Source of the DNA: Catajapyx aquilonaris
Lineage: Eukaryota
Direction of reading: 5' to 3'
Assembly (NCBI GenBank): GCA_000934665.2
Contig: KZ538693.1
Coordinates: forward strand, 1 to 53,782
DNA length: 53,782 bases
The position numbers and the translations under genes were made by a program. The notes under the pieces are model-generated. The model was not told the origin of the DNA, ran no database searches, and worked only from the letters and a program-made list of their open reading frames with translations. Of the stretch, positions 1-12,306 are shown piece after piece; positions within the stretch are counted from its first letter, which is position 1, and each line of letters starts with the position of its first letter.

Positions 1-360
1 CGCACAGCAACATCCTTTGAGAGCGGTAGTGGAACAGTTTGAAAAGTGTAGCCAGTTTGGCTACAGAAAAAAATCGCGGATGGAAAAGGGTTAATGCGCG
101 CCCGGCTATTGCGGAACTTTTGTTAACTTATACCTTCTCTGTCAGGAGGCTAGGGTTAGCAAATAATTATTTCGTAACTTTAGGAGTCATCACTTTGCAA
201 TCCATCTTACCAGGCTCTTTCAAATTATAAAAACAATATAAAAATATCTTTCCATTGCTGAAAAAATTGATATTTACGTCGTTGATAAAATAACCGCGGC
301 CTACATTTCTTGGTCTATTTTAGTAGTTTCCCAGCTAGTTTTTGGCAACAAAACGCATTA

Positions 361-590
361 GGGAGGCGAAGTGGTGCTGCGGTAACGTATGCCCCCACGG
401 ATGTTAAGGTCCCGTGTTCGAACCCAACCCGGGGTTCCCCCCTTCAGCTCGTGCAGAGTTGGGCCATCTCTGGCTTCGTCTCGGGTGGAAATTTCCGCTA
501 GACTAATCCACCCGGGGGAGTTCACAAAATGACCAAGCAACGACATTGCACTTGCACTTTGCTCATCCCCTCCTACTTACCCCTGGAACA
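361..590 (+). mobile_element. tRNA-derived SINE, family A
   Basis: A-box TGGTGCTGCGG and B-box GTTCGAACCC; homologous inverted copy at 14187-14412. Confidence 0.8.
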
Positions 591-771
591 ATTAAATAAT
601 ATAAATATTGTATGGTTCCAAAAAATGGTGGTATTCCTACGGCCCTACCACGGTGTACCAAAAAAACAAAAAAAAACGCATTATATAAATAAAAACTGAA
701 TAAATGTTTCTTAGGACCCACTTGAGACGCTGAGAGATTTATAATATAATAAATAATTACAGGTGCGCCCG

Positions 772-922
772 TTGCGCCTGCGGGTTATGCTGTCCATGAG
801 ACAGGGACGCTGTTGCATACAATTCAGGATGACATCACTATAAAACGGAAATCAAGTGATGTCATCCTGAATAGTATGCAACCACACCCCTGTCTCATAC
901 ACAGCATAACCCGCAGGCGCAA
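772..922. repeat. ~150-bp imperfect palindrome (MITE-like)
   Basis: TTGCGCCTGCGGGTTATGCTGT...ACAGCATAACCCGCAGGCGCAA, arms ~68 bp. Confidence 0.85.
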
Positions 923-970
923 AGGTCATGACTCATGAATAAAATCATACCACTCAGAGGTAGTGTACGG

Positions 971-2538
971 TACTTTACCCGGCATTTTATTAATAACTTT
1001 AACACGTATGAAGATATCGCAATGAAAGGACCTCGTCTTATATACTGGGTGTATCTGAACTCAGTGCCCCGACGTATATGACTGCCTTCCTAGCCACCAG
1101 AGGATCGATTTAAGTATAGGAGTCATTATGTTTGGCCGCCGCATTACGGAGATAATTGGCCGCAAACATGTAGTACAAAATATCCTGTCGGTTAGGCCAC
1201 CCATCGAACCCTCCCCCAGTCAGAAGGCTCTGGAAGGTCTGGGGGCCGGACTTTCTTGGTTTGTTGTCCACAGGTGGTAAGGCCTCTTTGGCTAGTTACA
1301 CCAGAAAATTCTATTTAAAAGTCAGAAGGAGCGATTAGGCAAAAATCGCTAAAGAGTGTATCTCCGTAATGCGGCGGCCAAACATAATGATTCCTATACT
1401 TAAATCGATCCTCTGGTGGCTAGGAAGGCAGTCATATACGTCGGGGCACTGAGTTCAGATACACCCTGTATAACCTATATACCTCGTCATATAGCCACAT
1501 GGGACTTTACATGAATGTCCTAAAATTTGCACATTGTTGCGTTGTAGCGCTTACCCACTTATGCTACACCCCTACTTCACAATTGATAAACATTCCTTAG
1601 CCTGTGTTGGAGCTGTCCTGTCCAGTGAACTTAAATCTAAAAATTCGGGTTGAGCCTGGAAAATTCGACAAGTCATTTTCAAAGTTTGATTGCCCGTCGC
1701 GCCATCTGTTTTCACCCACATGCGGTATTCGTGACAGTATTGCACCTCTGCCGGGTAATTTGTCAACTATAGTATTTACCTCACGCTACACATAATTATG
1801 GCCAAGTGCCTTGATTGTATGTTGCATTTTCGACGGTCATGTTTACCAAGAAAGTATAATTTCGGATAGGATACACAAAAATGGCTTTTTCTCAGGTTGG
1901 AAAAAATGGTACTTACACCCTTGATCATTTCCACTCTAATGAGAAAGGCATCACAACATGTGCTGGAAATGGCCACCATTTGCGTCCAGGCAGACCTGAA
2001 CACGAAGCTCCCTATATTTTGGAAGGTCCTGGCCAGCATGTCCTGAGGCACTGCATGAATTTCTTGTATGATGGTGTTTTTCAAGACGTTGATGAATTGT
2101 GGTTTGTTTCGGTACACATGCCACATCCCACGTCAGCATGGCCGAATTCAGTCCTTTCTCGGAGACCGAGTCATTTCGAAGGGACTTTGGCCACCGCGGT
2201 TCCCCGTTCTTAAGCCGCCTAATTCTTCCTATGGGACTTTCTGAAAGGGCATGTGTACCAAAACAAACCACAATCCATTTACGCCTTGAAAAAACACATC
2301 ATTCAAGAAATTCAGGCAGTTGTTCTTCAGGACATGCTGGCCAGGTCATTCCAAAATAGGGAGCGTCGCGTCATGTTCAGGCCTTCCTGGACGCAAATGG
2401 TGGCCATTTCCAGCACATGTTGTGATGTCATTTCCTTTCTCACAGTATGAGGTATAAGTTCACGTCAAATTTCAATATCTTCATTCGTGTTAAAGTTATT
2501 AAAGAAATGCCGGGTAAAGTAGCCAGTGGGACAACCTG
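971..2538. mobile_element. Rearranged non-autonomous Tc1/mariner element with transposase C-terminal remnants
   Basis: IR TACTTTACCCGGCATT... / ...AATGCCGGGTAAAGTA; right end ...GGGACAACCTG|TA; FFLWDFLKGHVYQNKP...DANGGHFQHML remnants in both orientations. Confidence 0.75.
1045..1468. mobile_element. Tc1/mariner-type MITE nested in the previous element
   Basis: ~110-bp near-perfect TIRs (C[T/A]GGGTGTATCTGAACTC...), flanked by TA. Confidence 0.88.
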
Positions 2539-2749
2539 TATAATCAGAAAGGAAATCAAGTTGACTTTGATTTGTGTTTTTTTTTTAGCAAGAGATGGGC
2601 GAGAACCGTATGCTTTAGTCACCTACACGCTACAAGTCATAATTCAAGTGAGCTTGGGTGATTCTGTTACCGGTACCTGACACAACTTCAATAATATTTC
2701 CAGCTTGTCGCAATATTATGATTCAGGTAGACTCCTGCATATTAAAAGC

Positions 2750-3442
2750 GAGCGCATTGCCACTGGGGCAAGGACAGTCTGACGTTTTATACGAGGTAAT
2801 TTGGTTTCATATGCCCGATGGCACAGTGGTACAGTGGTTTCGGTCAGTGGTATTCAAAGTGCAGTACGTGGCCCGTGAACTAGGTAATTCAAATTGATTA
2901 TTCTTTCCGGCTAATTGTATATGTGGATAAGTACGAAAATGGGCTTCAGGGTACTTTGTCGTCCTCCCAGCCCCTTCTGCTATGTCGCAAACAAAATATT
3001 TTTAGAAATGCCGGTATTCCTCGGAATCTGTTAAGGCGAGACCTTACTGAAAAAAAAATATATTTTTGTTGATACTGAACGTATCAAGGCATCATGTTAG
3101 TACCATGTTGAAGATACTTTAATAGGCAGATCCCACCCATCACCTGACAAGGGAACGACCAAGGTCGGTCGCCTCCGATTTGGTTGAAACTCGCTTGAGG
3201 GGTCACTCATGTGCGATAGACACAGTGGTGACAGTTCTAGAAGCCACTGTCCATCCGTTTCCGAGATGTGAGCGACAGAAACATCCTAATTTTGGCCGCG
3301 CGTATTTGAATTACCGAGTTCACGGGCCACGTACTGCACTTTGAATACCACTGACCTAAACCACTATACCACTGTGCCATCAGGCATATGGAACCAAATG
3401 TTATACTGTAAAACCTCAGACTGATAAGCTCAGCAATGCTCG
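2750..3442. mobile_element. MITE-like element with ~120-145-bp inverted arms
   Basis: 2776-2895 is the reverse complement of 3304-3424. Confidence 0.75.
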
Positions 3443-3652
3443 GAGTTGCCATTCTTTCATATGATAATTTCCGAGGTACTTTACGCCAACTGCATTATAC
3501 ATATGACAATTCCACGTCTTTCCCAGATTAACATCGCCCTCAGCTGTCGCGGTGGGTTGTTGCATCCATTTAAGGCAGTGGGTGGGATATGCCTTTTAAC
3601 AAAAGTCGAAGAACTCAGCAGGCCATGGCAGCATAGTCAACATAGCATAGTC

Positions 3653-3740
3653 ACAAAATAATCGAAATGATTCCTTCATCGGAAAATCTTATTTTAGGAA
3701 ATAAGATTTTCCGATGAAGGAATCATTTCGATTATTTTGT
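3653..3740. repeat. Perfect palindrome, 42-bp arms and 4-nt loop
   Basis: ACAAAATAATCG...CTTATTT-TAGG-AAATAAG...CGATTATTTTGT. Confidence 0.95.
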
Positions 3741-4349
3741 TCTCTCCGTATTTATGTGGATTTTCTCATAGTTCTCCCTATCCCCCCACAGTCCCTCTCA
3801 AAATCCATTATCACTAAGGTATTATGAATAGAGTTGGAAATCATATAACAGCTAATCTCCTAAGGCCGTTCCCACCAAGAGTCCAGTCTGAGCACATAAA
3901 ACCACCCTCTCATCTTTCGCTCCGTGGCTCACATTGAAGACGACGACCAAAGATGGGCTATCGAGAGGCTTTTCTCCGCCTCTGAATAATTTATTTCGAT
4001 TTTGGAAGCGAGGTTTTCTTCCTGATTCGGAGCCCTTTCACCTCGCCCTGGACAGTAGTTTCGCCGGAGACGACCGAAGACAACTGGAAAACCATCTTTG
4101 CCTGCTGACAGGTGTCTCTAACTTTCTCATTAATTACGCATGAACTCGAATAATATATGAAATTGTATGTTTTAACCTTTGAACTATAAGATAAATACTT
4201 TTCATTTATTCAACGGGGTTATACATTTACTGTTAAGTTCGAGTTACTTTTTTTTTTGGCCTACTTGGAATGACTACTCACATGCAACTTGATATTCGCG
4301 TGAACCTCGGTTTTGTCAAAAGGAGTGCATTCCACTATAGTGTAATCAT

Positions 4350-4757
4350 TGTGACCCGAGCGGCGGGGTACACACTGAAGAAAAAGCAAGATGGGTTTGT
4401 TCAAGCACAGTAAATTTATTTGCAAGCAAATGAGTACGTGAGGATAGCAAGGTTAAGGAAGGAATTTAAGGTAACCAGAGAGGTATAAAGGATAACCAGG
4501 TATGGGTAGGTAACCTCCGGAGAGGAGTGACTGTTGACCAGGATATTCTCCTGGCTACTAAGCCTCGAGTGTTGATCGGCAGCCGGTTATATAGGTAGTG
4601 CCCCAATGCGAGATGGGTATGGATGTTGGCAGGAGTCACGTGATAGGTATGCGGCACGTGGGAAGCCAGGTTGGAATGGTATATGTAGAGTACATTGTGA
4701 TACAAAATAACATCCGTCAAGTGGGGCATATTATGGGCACGATAAAATTCGGTCACA
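4350..4757 (-). mobile_element. Solo LTR (gypsy-like)
   Basis: TGTGACC...GGTCACA termini, 4-bp TSD TCAT; TATA-like (~4587-4594) and AATAAA (4415-4420) on the - strand. Confidence 0.75.
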
Positions 4758-5152
4758 TCATCATCACAACTAGAAGAAAGGACTATCCCATCCCAGTAAA
4801 CACACACTATCACAATAAACAATTTATTTTGCTCAATGTAATTGACAGCAGTATACTGTGTATACTGTAGAGAGGACAAAATACTGCAAGCAGGTAGAAT
4901 AACCAGCTTAGTTCTATTAGTATAAGATTGTGCTCAGACTTGTATGGTATCAATAGCAGGGCCAATTATTGGCATTAAAGCAAATGATATCTCCAACTTT
5001 AATAACCACTTTATAGCTGTCAGATTGAGAATTTCACTTTAAAGTATTTTTTATTGTCACACAGAAGAAAATAATGTTTAACATTACAGTAACTAAGTCT
5101 CATTTCTCCATTAACCTCTTTATGTTGGTGATCAACTGTATATCAAGGCCCT

Positions 5153-5568
5153 CCCAACAAACACACTTGGTGGCAAAATGGTGCCAAAATGTTTAAATAT
5201 TCGGTACCCAAAAGGCAAGGATTTGCCACTTTTACCAGTGCCGATAGGATACCGATCTCTGGTGCCAATGACACACCAGAATTTCGTTGGCACGGTGTCA
5301 AACTGGTGCCGAAATAATACCAACATGTTCATGGATAACAAGTACTGATGATTTTGGTTGCTAATCGGTACCTAACCAGTGCCTATACTTTGTCACCGAG
5401 TTTTCGTTACTATTATGGCATCTCACTGGTGCTGGAAAATTTGGTGTATAAATAAGTTACACAAATGACACCACAACGGCATTGACACCTAGGTATCTTA
5501 ATATAGTTGCCATTTCAGCACGATTAGTCGGCAAAATTGGCATCCCATCATCACGTGTGTTGGTTGGG
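5153..5568. mobile_element. CACTA/EnSpm-like MITE
   Basis: CCCAACAAACAC...GTGTTGGTTGGG termini, 2-bp TSD CT, many internal GGTGCC/GGCAC subrepeats. Confidence 0.65.
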
Positions 5569-6064
5569 CTGGCATTGCTACTTCGTAGATAAGAAAAATA
5601 TACAGTATACCTGTAAAATTGGCATTTTTAAAAAAGAAAAAATAACAACTGCCTTCAATTCAACTTTTCATACTCATGCTACCTACTATTTAAAAAACTT
5701 GCAAACAACTCAAGCAGTGCTACCTGCTTAACTCAAGTTACAAACTTTTCCATTATAAATGACATCCTCTTCAAAAATGCATTTTGAAAACATAGGCTAC
5801 TATTTAGTGCCAAAGTATTCAGGTGGCCCTAAGTAAAATGCCATATAATATTGACAACTGAACAGTTACAGCATTTCATGAGGCTAAGAATAACACAGCA
5901 AATAAAACTGTGTGGACGGGTGGAAAACACTATGATTAAGACACAGCTTGAATTGTCGTATGCATGATCATGCACAAGGTCAGCTCACTAAGCACTGTGA
6001 TGGACCGAATATTTTGCTGCAAACACTCACTAAAAATTCCACTTCCTTGCCCTTTGCCTAATAA

Positions 6065-6189
6065 GGGCCGGTTTCACCGAGCTCAGTATATGATAAAACC
6101 AGGGTATTTCTCAAAATCCCTATCTATTTGTATGGATTTTCCTAAAGAAACCTGGTTTTATCATATACCAAGCTCGGTGAAACCGGCCC
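6065..6189. mobile_element. PIF/Harbinger (Tourist-like) MITE
   Basis: GGGCCGGTTTCACCGAGCT...AGCTCGGTGAAACCGGCCC with 3-bp TAA TSD. Confidence 0.85.
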
Positions 6190-6412
6190 TAAGTAAGATG
6201 ACATTGTCTAAAAGGGCTCCACCCTATCATGGAGTAAATTTAAAAATTAAAAATAAAAAAATAAAAAAATTACATACCGTATGAAAATAATTGTGCATTG
6301 TACTCATTCTGTCAAGAAAGTAGCCTACATGGTGATTCTCTCGAATCAAAACCTAAACATTCCCCAATAACTTTTTAATTATTATTGTATGGGTTTCAAT
6401 GAAAATTGACAT

Positions 6413-6794
6413 GTACCGCTCATAAAGAATGGTACAACTCTATGGACGACGTGTTTATTCTGACTATCCAGCATGATTCCCAACCTGATTTCGTCGCGAC
6501 ACTATGGACAACTTGTCCTAGACCTCTGGCGACCCATATGACCCTCCCGACTTTTTCAGAAATTTTTTATTACCAAAATGTTCAACCTGGTACAATGCTA
6601 CTTACATAGATTTCAAATGAATTTCCCCCCTTACATTCTTACTTTGCCTTGTTTTTTTCTTATCTTTTTTCGTAATTTTAATTGCCTTTTCCCAGCCTTC
6701 CTCATGACCCCTAAAAACATACAGGTGGCCCAGGGGTCGGGAACAGAATAAACATTTTGTCCATAGAGTCGTACCGTTCTTTATGAGCTGCACT
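6413..6794. mobile_element. Tc1/mariner-type MITE, family copy 1
   Basis: TIR GTACCGCTCATAAAGAATGGTAC; homologous inverted copy at 28969-29355. Confidence 0.85.
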
Positions 6795-7237
6795 TACTTT
6801 GTATGATGCCAAGCAAGGTCTACCTAGAGAATATGCTGAAAATGGTCCCTTCCATAATCCCAAATTTTTTGAATGCTAGTCTGCATATTGGCGTATGTAG
6901 CCTATATGTGTTGATGTGACATCATAATGGCAGCACACTCCCACTGTATCAGGGCTAGAGGACATCAATTGTCCTGGGCTTAATCCTGTGTATGATGTGC
7001 GGCCTTTCAGTAAACCTCACAAGAAGAAATCAGGACTGGCAAGGCCCCCTCAACTGGCTTCAGCTCTCCGAAGCCAGGCAAGTGTACCCGCCTGCCCCGC
7101 TCCCCTCCGCACAGCTCTGTATAATTATGCCAATATGCACACTAGCATTCAAAACTTCTTGGATTCTGGAGGGGACCATTTCCAGCATACTTGTATGCTG
7201 TTTAGGTAGACCTTGTTTGGAATCATACAAGGTAAGC
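6793..7237. mobile_element. Degenerate foldback element built from inverted mariner-like 3' ends
   Basis: 6793-6897 is approximately the reverse complement of 7126-7237; the arm encodes LDSGGDHFQH-like remnant. Confidence 0.55.
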
Positions 7238-8440
7238 AGTGGTGTCGCGGAAAAATTTCGGCTGGGTATATACGCTAGAGGTGCCAATCCTCTTTGTAGT
7301 GTTTGCATCCAAGGGAAAAATTCGGCATGGTGCAGAGAAGGGTTGAATGCAGCGTAAGTAAAGAGGCAAAAAGCCCACTGCAGGCGATTTTTTTTTTTTT
7401 TTTGTGGTTCGACTAGGTCACACAAGCTTTTTTTCGTGAGGTTATTCCGGAAAGTAACAGGCGAAACTATCAAGTAAACCTGGCAGATGAACGTGAAACT
7501 ACTTCATGAGATAGCTCCAGGAATTTCGGAATCTGGTTCTTCTCTAAATTCTTTACCCATAACCCATTGCGAAGCTGTCAGTAGATTTCGAATTTTCTTG
7601 ACACATTTAAGTTATTTTTCATACAAATATCTTCGTGGAGAACATCGAGATGCTTCGCAGAGCACAGTTTGGGAACCGCTGAGCTGTACTCATGCAATAA
7701 GGGATAAAACAACATGAAAGAATGAAGTAGGCCTACTGACTGTCACTTGCCGCTGTGCATGAAAAAAAGAGATAGCTCTTTTTTTCAGTGCACATTTGCA
7801 GACGACAGTGATCCAAACTGATACCAGTGTTCAAACCTCAACTGACCCTTTTTTTCCATTTATTTTACCAGCAGAGCTGTTTTGAACCATTAAAAACAGG
7901 AAGTAGTACCCTAATTTGTCAAATGTCACAGCTAGGCGAAAAAGTCTCGGACCCAATCTTCTGACCAGCAGCCTGCTTTAGGAGATTCCATAAATTAGCC
8001 CACAACTGCCTTCCTCTTATCTAGCAGGCCTCAGTTTCTCCAAATGGGATGCATCTGGAGGACAGAGGACCCATCCTAACCACACCAGGAGGACCCATGT
8101 CGAGAGGGATACCCCCACCTCCTTTTCCCCACCTCGCTGAAAATTCTAGTTGCTGGTTGAGTCAAATTTCTTTCTAATTTTTATTTTAGAGGATAAACAA
8201 AATCAGCATTATTGAGAGCCTTGCCGGGTGTAAGGTATATGCAGCGTATACCCGCGCATAGCCTCACATTTCGTGTTTTCTCGCGTACCCCTGTCGCGAC
8301 AGCACTGAAGATAAGGACATGTCAATTTTCATTGAGAACCATACAATAATAATATTAAACAGTTATTGAGGAATGTTTGGGTTCTGATTCAAGAGAATCA
8401 CCTTGTATATCACATTAATGACAATAGGCTATACACTATA

Positions 8441-9366
8441 CACTACCGGTCAAAAGTTTAGCATCACCCCCAAGCAGAGATTTTTTATTTCTCAAGCCTA
8501 AACTTACAGTATAAATTGAAAGTGTGATGCACCGTTAAAAGCGTCGTGAATAAGGCTACAAACCAAAAAAGGAACAGTCATTCTAGGTTCAACAGAGGCG
8601 CAGACATTACCTATTTTGTTTTTAAAAAATTCTCGAAAACCTACATTTTAAACAATAAATATTAATAAATAAAGGTAATCATCACAAATTCATGCTTTAT
8701 GATTTTTATTTATCGCAATAAGTAAACGCCGAACACAAGAAAAATGACCAAAAAATGTTTTAAAAATTATCACTCGAACAGGAATTTTTTTTAATTTGCA
8801 GAAATTCTTCTTATATGCACCCAACCATTGACATATCCTCAACAATGCATAACTTGAGAACTATTACTCCTACAGATATTAGGTTTAGACCAGCCTATTT
8901 GGAAAACCTTAACAAATCGGTTGGTCCTAATCTCATATATGTAGGAGTATCGGTTCTCAAGTTATGCTCTGTTGACAATACGTCAATGGTTGGGTGCATA
9001 TAAGAAGAAATGCCGCAAATTTTTAAAAATTCCAGTTCGAGTGATAATTTTAAAAAAATAATTGTGGTAGTTTTTCTTATGTTTGGCGTTTACGTATTGT
9101 CATAAATAAAAATCATAAAGCATGCATACATGATGATTACCTTTATTAATATTTACAGTTGAAAATGTAGATTTTCAAGAATATTAAAACAAAATAGGTA
9201 ATACCTGCGCCTTGAACCTAGAATGACCGTTCCTTTTTTGGTTTGTAGCCTTATTCACGGCGCTTTTAACGGTGCCTCACACTTTCAATTTGCACTGTAA
9301 GTTTAGGCTTGAGAAATTTAAAAACCTCTGCTTGGGGGTGATGCTAAACTTTTGATCTGTATAGTG
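8441..9366. mobile_element. Tc1-like MITE, almost wholly palindromic (~400-bp arms)
   Basis: TA|CACTACCGGTCAAAAGTTTAGCATCACCCCC...GGGGGTGATGCTAAACTTTTGATCTGTATAGTG|TA. Confidence 0.88.
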
Positions 9367-10004
9367 TACGTCAACATTTGCTTGTGAGGGTGGGACTGGG
9401 GAGAGGTGGCAGCAAGAGTGGTTACTCTATTCAGAGCCATGTTTGAACCACACCTTATATTGCAAATAAGATTAATAAGATTTAGGGCAACACATACTCG
9501 ATTTATCATGTTTATATATCTCTCAGCCTTCATAAACCTACCACTCATACAGCTTCTTTGGAGGCAAATGGGCCAATAAGTTCATTTAGAATCACAGAAA
9601 AATAACAGGCCTATATTTACCACCTAGGTATACTGTCTGCCTGCATTGCCTTCAGGTGAGTTGGTTAAGAACTTATCCAAGTCAAATCAACATATTAGAC
9701 ACTATTTTAACTTTTAAGGATTGAATAATGGCTCATACATTCAAATATTTGTCATAAATTATTGTGCTAGAATAACTAAGAAGGGCACATCAAAAATATT
9801 AGTCTAATATTCAAAAGGTATGATTAGCACTAGTTGAGTTCTACAAAAGTCTGACTGGTTTTGTCTAAGAAATTAATGGTTTCATGTGTTGTACTGTGGC
9901 ACCAATGTACGCAACCTTTGGCAATATTGGTATCTAGGTGCTTACTGCAGTAGTACACTCAAAAAAAACAAAAAAATGCAGATATATTCTGTACAAGCTG
10001 ACTT

Positions 10005-10312
10005 TGGGGTACATGGTGGAGGTGGTCTAGTGGTTATGCCCCTAGCCAACCAATCAGAAGATCCGAGGTTCAAATCCCATCCCCATAACCCAATTCTTGG
10101 TCAAGTCTTTTTCCGTTTTTCTATATACATGTGTGTCTGGGCAGACTTGCACACTCTGCTCTGCCATCCAAGGGCCAAAAATTCCCCAGGAGAGCCCTCC
10201 CTTGGAAACCTCCTTTCCCCACTATTTTATCAATTGGATATGCATGTTATAATAATAAGTCCCATGCAACATATCTCACATGGTGAAAGCACTATCCAGA
10301 TTATTATTATTA

Positions 10313-10330
<18 letters not shown>
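10005..10330 (+). mobile_element. Degenerate tRNA-derived SINE with (TTA)n tail
   Basis: GGTCTAGTGG A-box, GGTTCAAATCC B-box, downstream TTA microsatellite. Confidence 0.5.
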
Positions 10331-10350
<20 letters not shown>

Positions 10351-10509
10351 GAGTACAAGCTGTCCACAACAACCAATCATGCCATGAAAATTCTGTAACC
10401 TTCGAGCAGCCAAACCATTTCTTTCCTAGACTAAAGCAGTCACAGCTGTGTAAACACACAACTCAACTAACTAATGCAACAATAACACATGAATTGAATC
10501 CCAGATAAT

Positions 10510-10515
10510 TTTATT
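10510..10515 (-). terminator. Candidate FASN polyadenylation signal AATAAA
   Basis: TTTATT on + strand, about 190 nt downstream of the FASN stop. Confidence 0.5.
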
Positions 10516-10707
10516 CCCTTTTTAGATACCAACATCTTCCTCAAGAATTACAGTAGGTAAGCCTACCATATGCTTTTTCAGATATGAAATATAAGTAGTA
10601 ATATCTCAAGAGCCAATTTGGTTTGGTTTGTAGCCAATTAAAATTCCACTAGTAACCCCCATATGCATTCAACTTAAATGTGCATGGGGGTTACTACAAA
10701 AAATTTA

Positions 10708-11058
10708 CTATTGTAAAGTATTGAATATCTTTGCTACATTCTGTCCATTGGCCCCTTGCAAAAATGAATGATGATCACCATCTACCACATGCACCTGCAC
10801 CTTCTTGCTGCAAACAGTATTAAGGCCATAATACTCATCCAGCATATTTGCATTATTCAGGGCTCGAACCAACACCACATCACCATCAAAAGTTGCACAT
10901 GGTTCATAGTCTCCAGCTGCCATTAACTTGAGGCAGAAAAGTTCAGCAGCAGTTATGATGTCCACCTTTGAAATTAATCCCATCTTTTCAGCAAGAATAC
11001 AAGCAACTTTTTCCAAGCGTGCTTGCTTATCGGACAGTTCCATGAGGTCAGCTTTCAT
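10708..11058 (-). CDS. FASN: FASN coding exon 21 (TE His, stop)
   Basis: YYGLNTVCSKKVQVHVVDGDHHSFL...; ends TAG followed by TAA. Confidence 0.93.
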   Translation of the reverse strand: MKADLMELSDKQARLEKVACILAEKMGLISKVDIITAAELFCLKLMAAGDYEPCATFDGDVVLVRALNNANMLDEYYGLNTVCSKKVQVHVVDGDHHSFLQGANGQNVAKIFNTLQ

Positions 11059-11122
11059 CTATTTAAAAAAGATTATAATTATTCACATGAACAGTAGCTA
11101 TATACCACCCAATAATTCAAAC

Positions 11123-11392
11123 CTTGGTATAGTCGAAATTGCAAAATTGCATGAGAAAAATGGTCAGTGCATCAACTTCTGTATCCTTGCTTCCTTCATT
11201 TCGGTTAAACTTTCGATAGTAATCCATCACTTGTGATGCAACAAAGTTATGAGATCCATCAAGTAAAATAAGTTTCTTAAGTAAATGTGGGACATCCTTC
11301 TGCAACTGCAACGCCATCTCAAAAGCAATAGTTGCTCCATATGAATAACCAGCAAGAAGGTAAGGACCTTTTGGACACACGCTGAGCATTTT
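11123..11392 (-). CDS. FASN: FASN coding exon 20 (TE nucleophile)
   Basis: PKGPYLLAGYSYGATIAFEMA...LLDGSH. Confidence 0.94.
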
Positions 11393-11477
11393 CTATGGGG
11401 AAAACAACACAAAATTATTATTCTAGAAATAACATTAATAATTGCAGTAGTTAAAATTCATTCACATAAATTTCTAC

Positions 11478-12004
11478 CTTTATGTAATATGATGCCAGAG
11501 TTTCAATGGACTTAACTGGGGCACCTTCAACGCATTGAATTGCATATGTCATGTACTTGAGATTCGATCCTAACATTTTAAGTGGATGCGCAATGCCTTC
11601 TATGGAATGGATCAGGAAAACAATAGGCAGATCTTGGTTGCAGCTGCCATTTTCAATACTGTTAAGTCGTATGATGCATTTTTTGGGTATCAGGTCTTCT
11701 GATTGGAATTGTTTCAAATGTTTCAAGTCCTTTTTACCATTTTTACCCATCCAATTACCTACAAAACCTTGCATTAAAGAAGTATTGTTAACAGTAGTAG
11801 ATTTTGCATCTGAGACAGGATTTCCCAATTTAGAGGCCTCTAAAGTTATTAGAGAAGCAATAGTCAATTTCCGGATTTCATGTATGCTCAGGATTAGATC
11901 CTGTTCTCTTTCCAGCAACTGCTTCACTTCCACACCCATCAGGGAATCCAGCCCCAGCTCTTGCAGTGAGTTACTGGGCTCTACAGATGCAATGTCCTTC
12001 ATAC
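11478..12004 (-). CDS. FASN: FASN coding exon 19 (ACP, TE start)
   Basis: LQELGLDSLMGVEVKQLLER...FLIHSIEG. Confidence 0.94.
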
Positions 12005-12306
12005 CTACAAGAAAAGCACATTAAATTTTATAGAATTTCCTAAATCCCTTTTACAACAAAAAGAAGGGTGTCACTTCCAAAGCCCAGTCATAAAAGTTGT
12101 GAATTAATTGAGCAAGTGGTATAATTTTTTCCATTATTAAGACTTAACACATTTAAAATCTGGTAAATGTCATAATTATTTAAGCCCTACATTGACATGA
12201 GGTCACAGGGTCAATAAAACTGTACTATCCACAACTTAACAATACTCAAAAATGGGAATTCAGCATTAGTTCACAAAAACATAAATGATCACAAAATTCA
12301 ACTCAC

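Noticed and set aside
361..440. tRNA genes at A/B-box sequences (also 21020-21096, 34812-34890, 42533-42600, 53570-53650)
   Set aside because: No complete cloverleaf or acceptor stem; each continues into a repeated SINE body and tail.
10696..10710. Stop-codon readthrough of FASN stimulated by the downstream hairpin
   Set aside because: TAG is immediately followed by an in-frame TAA, so readthrough would add only one residue.
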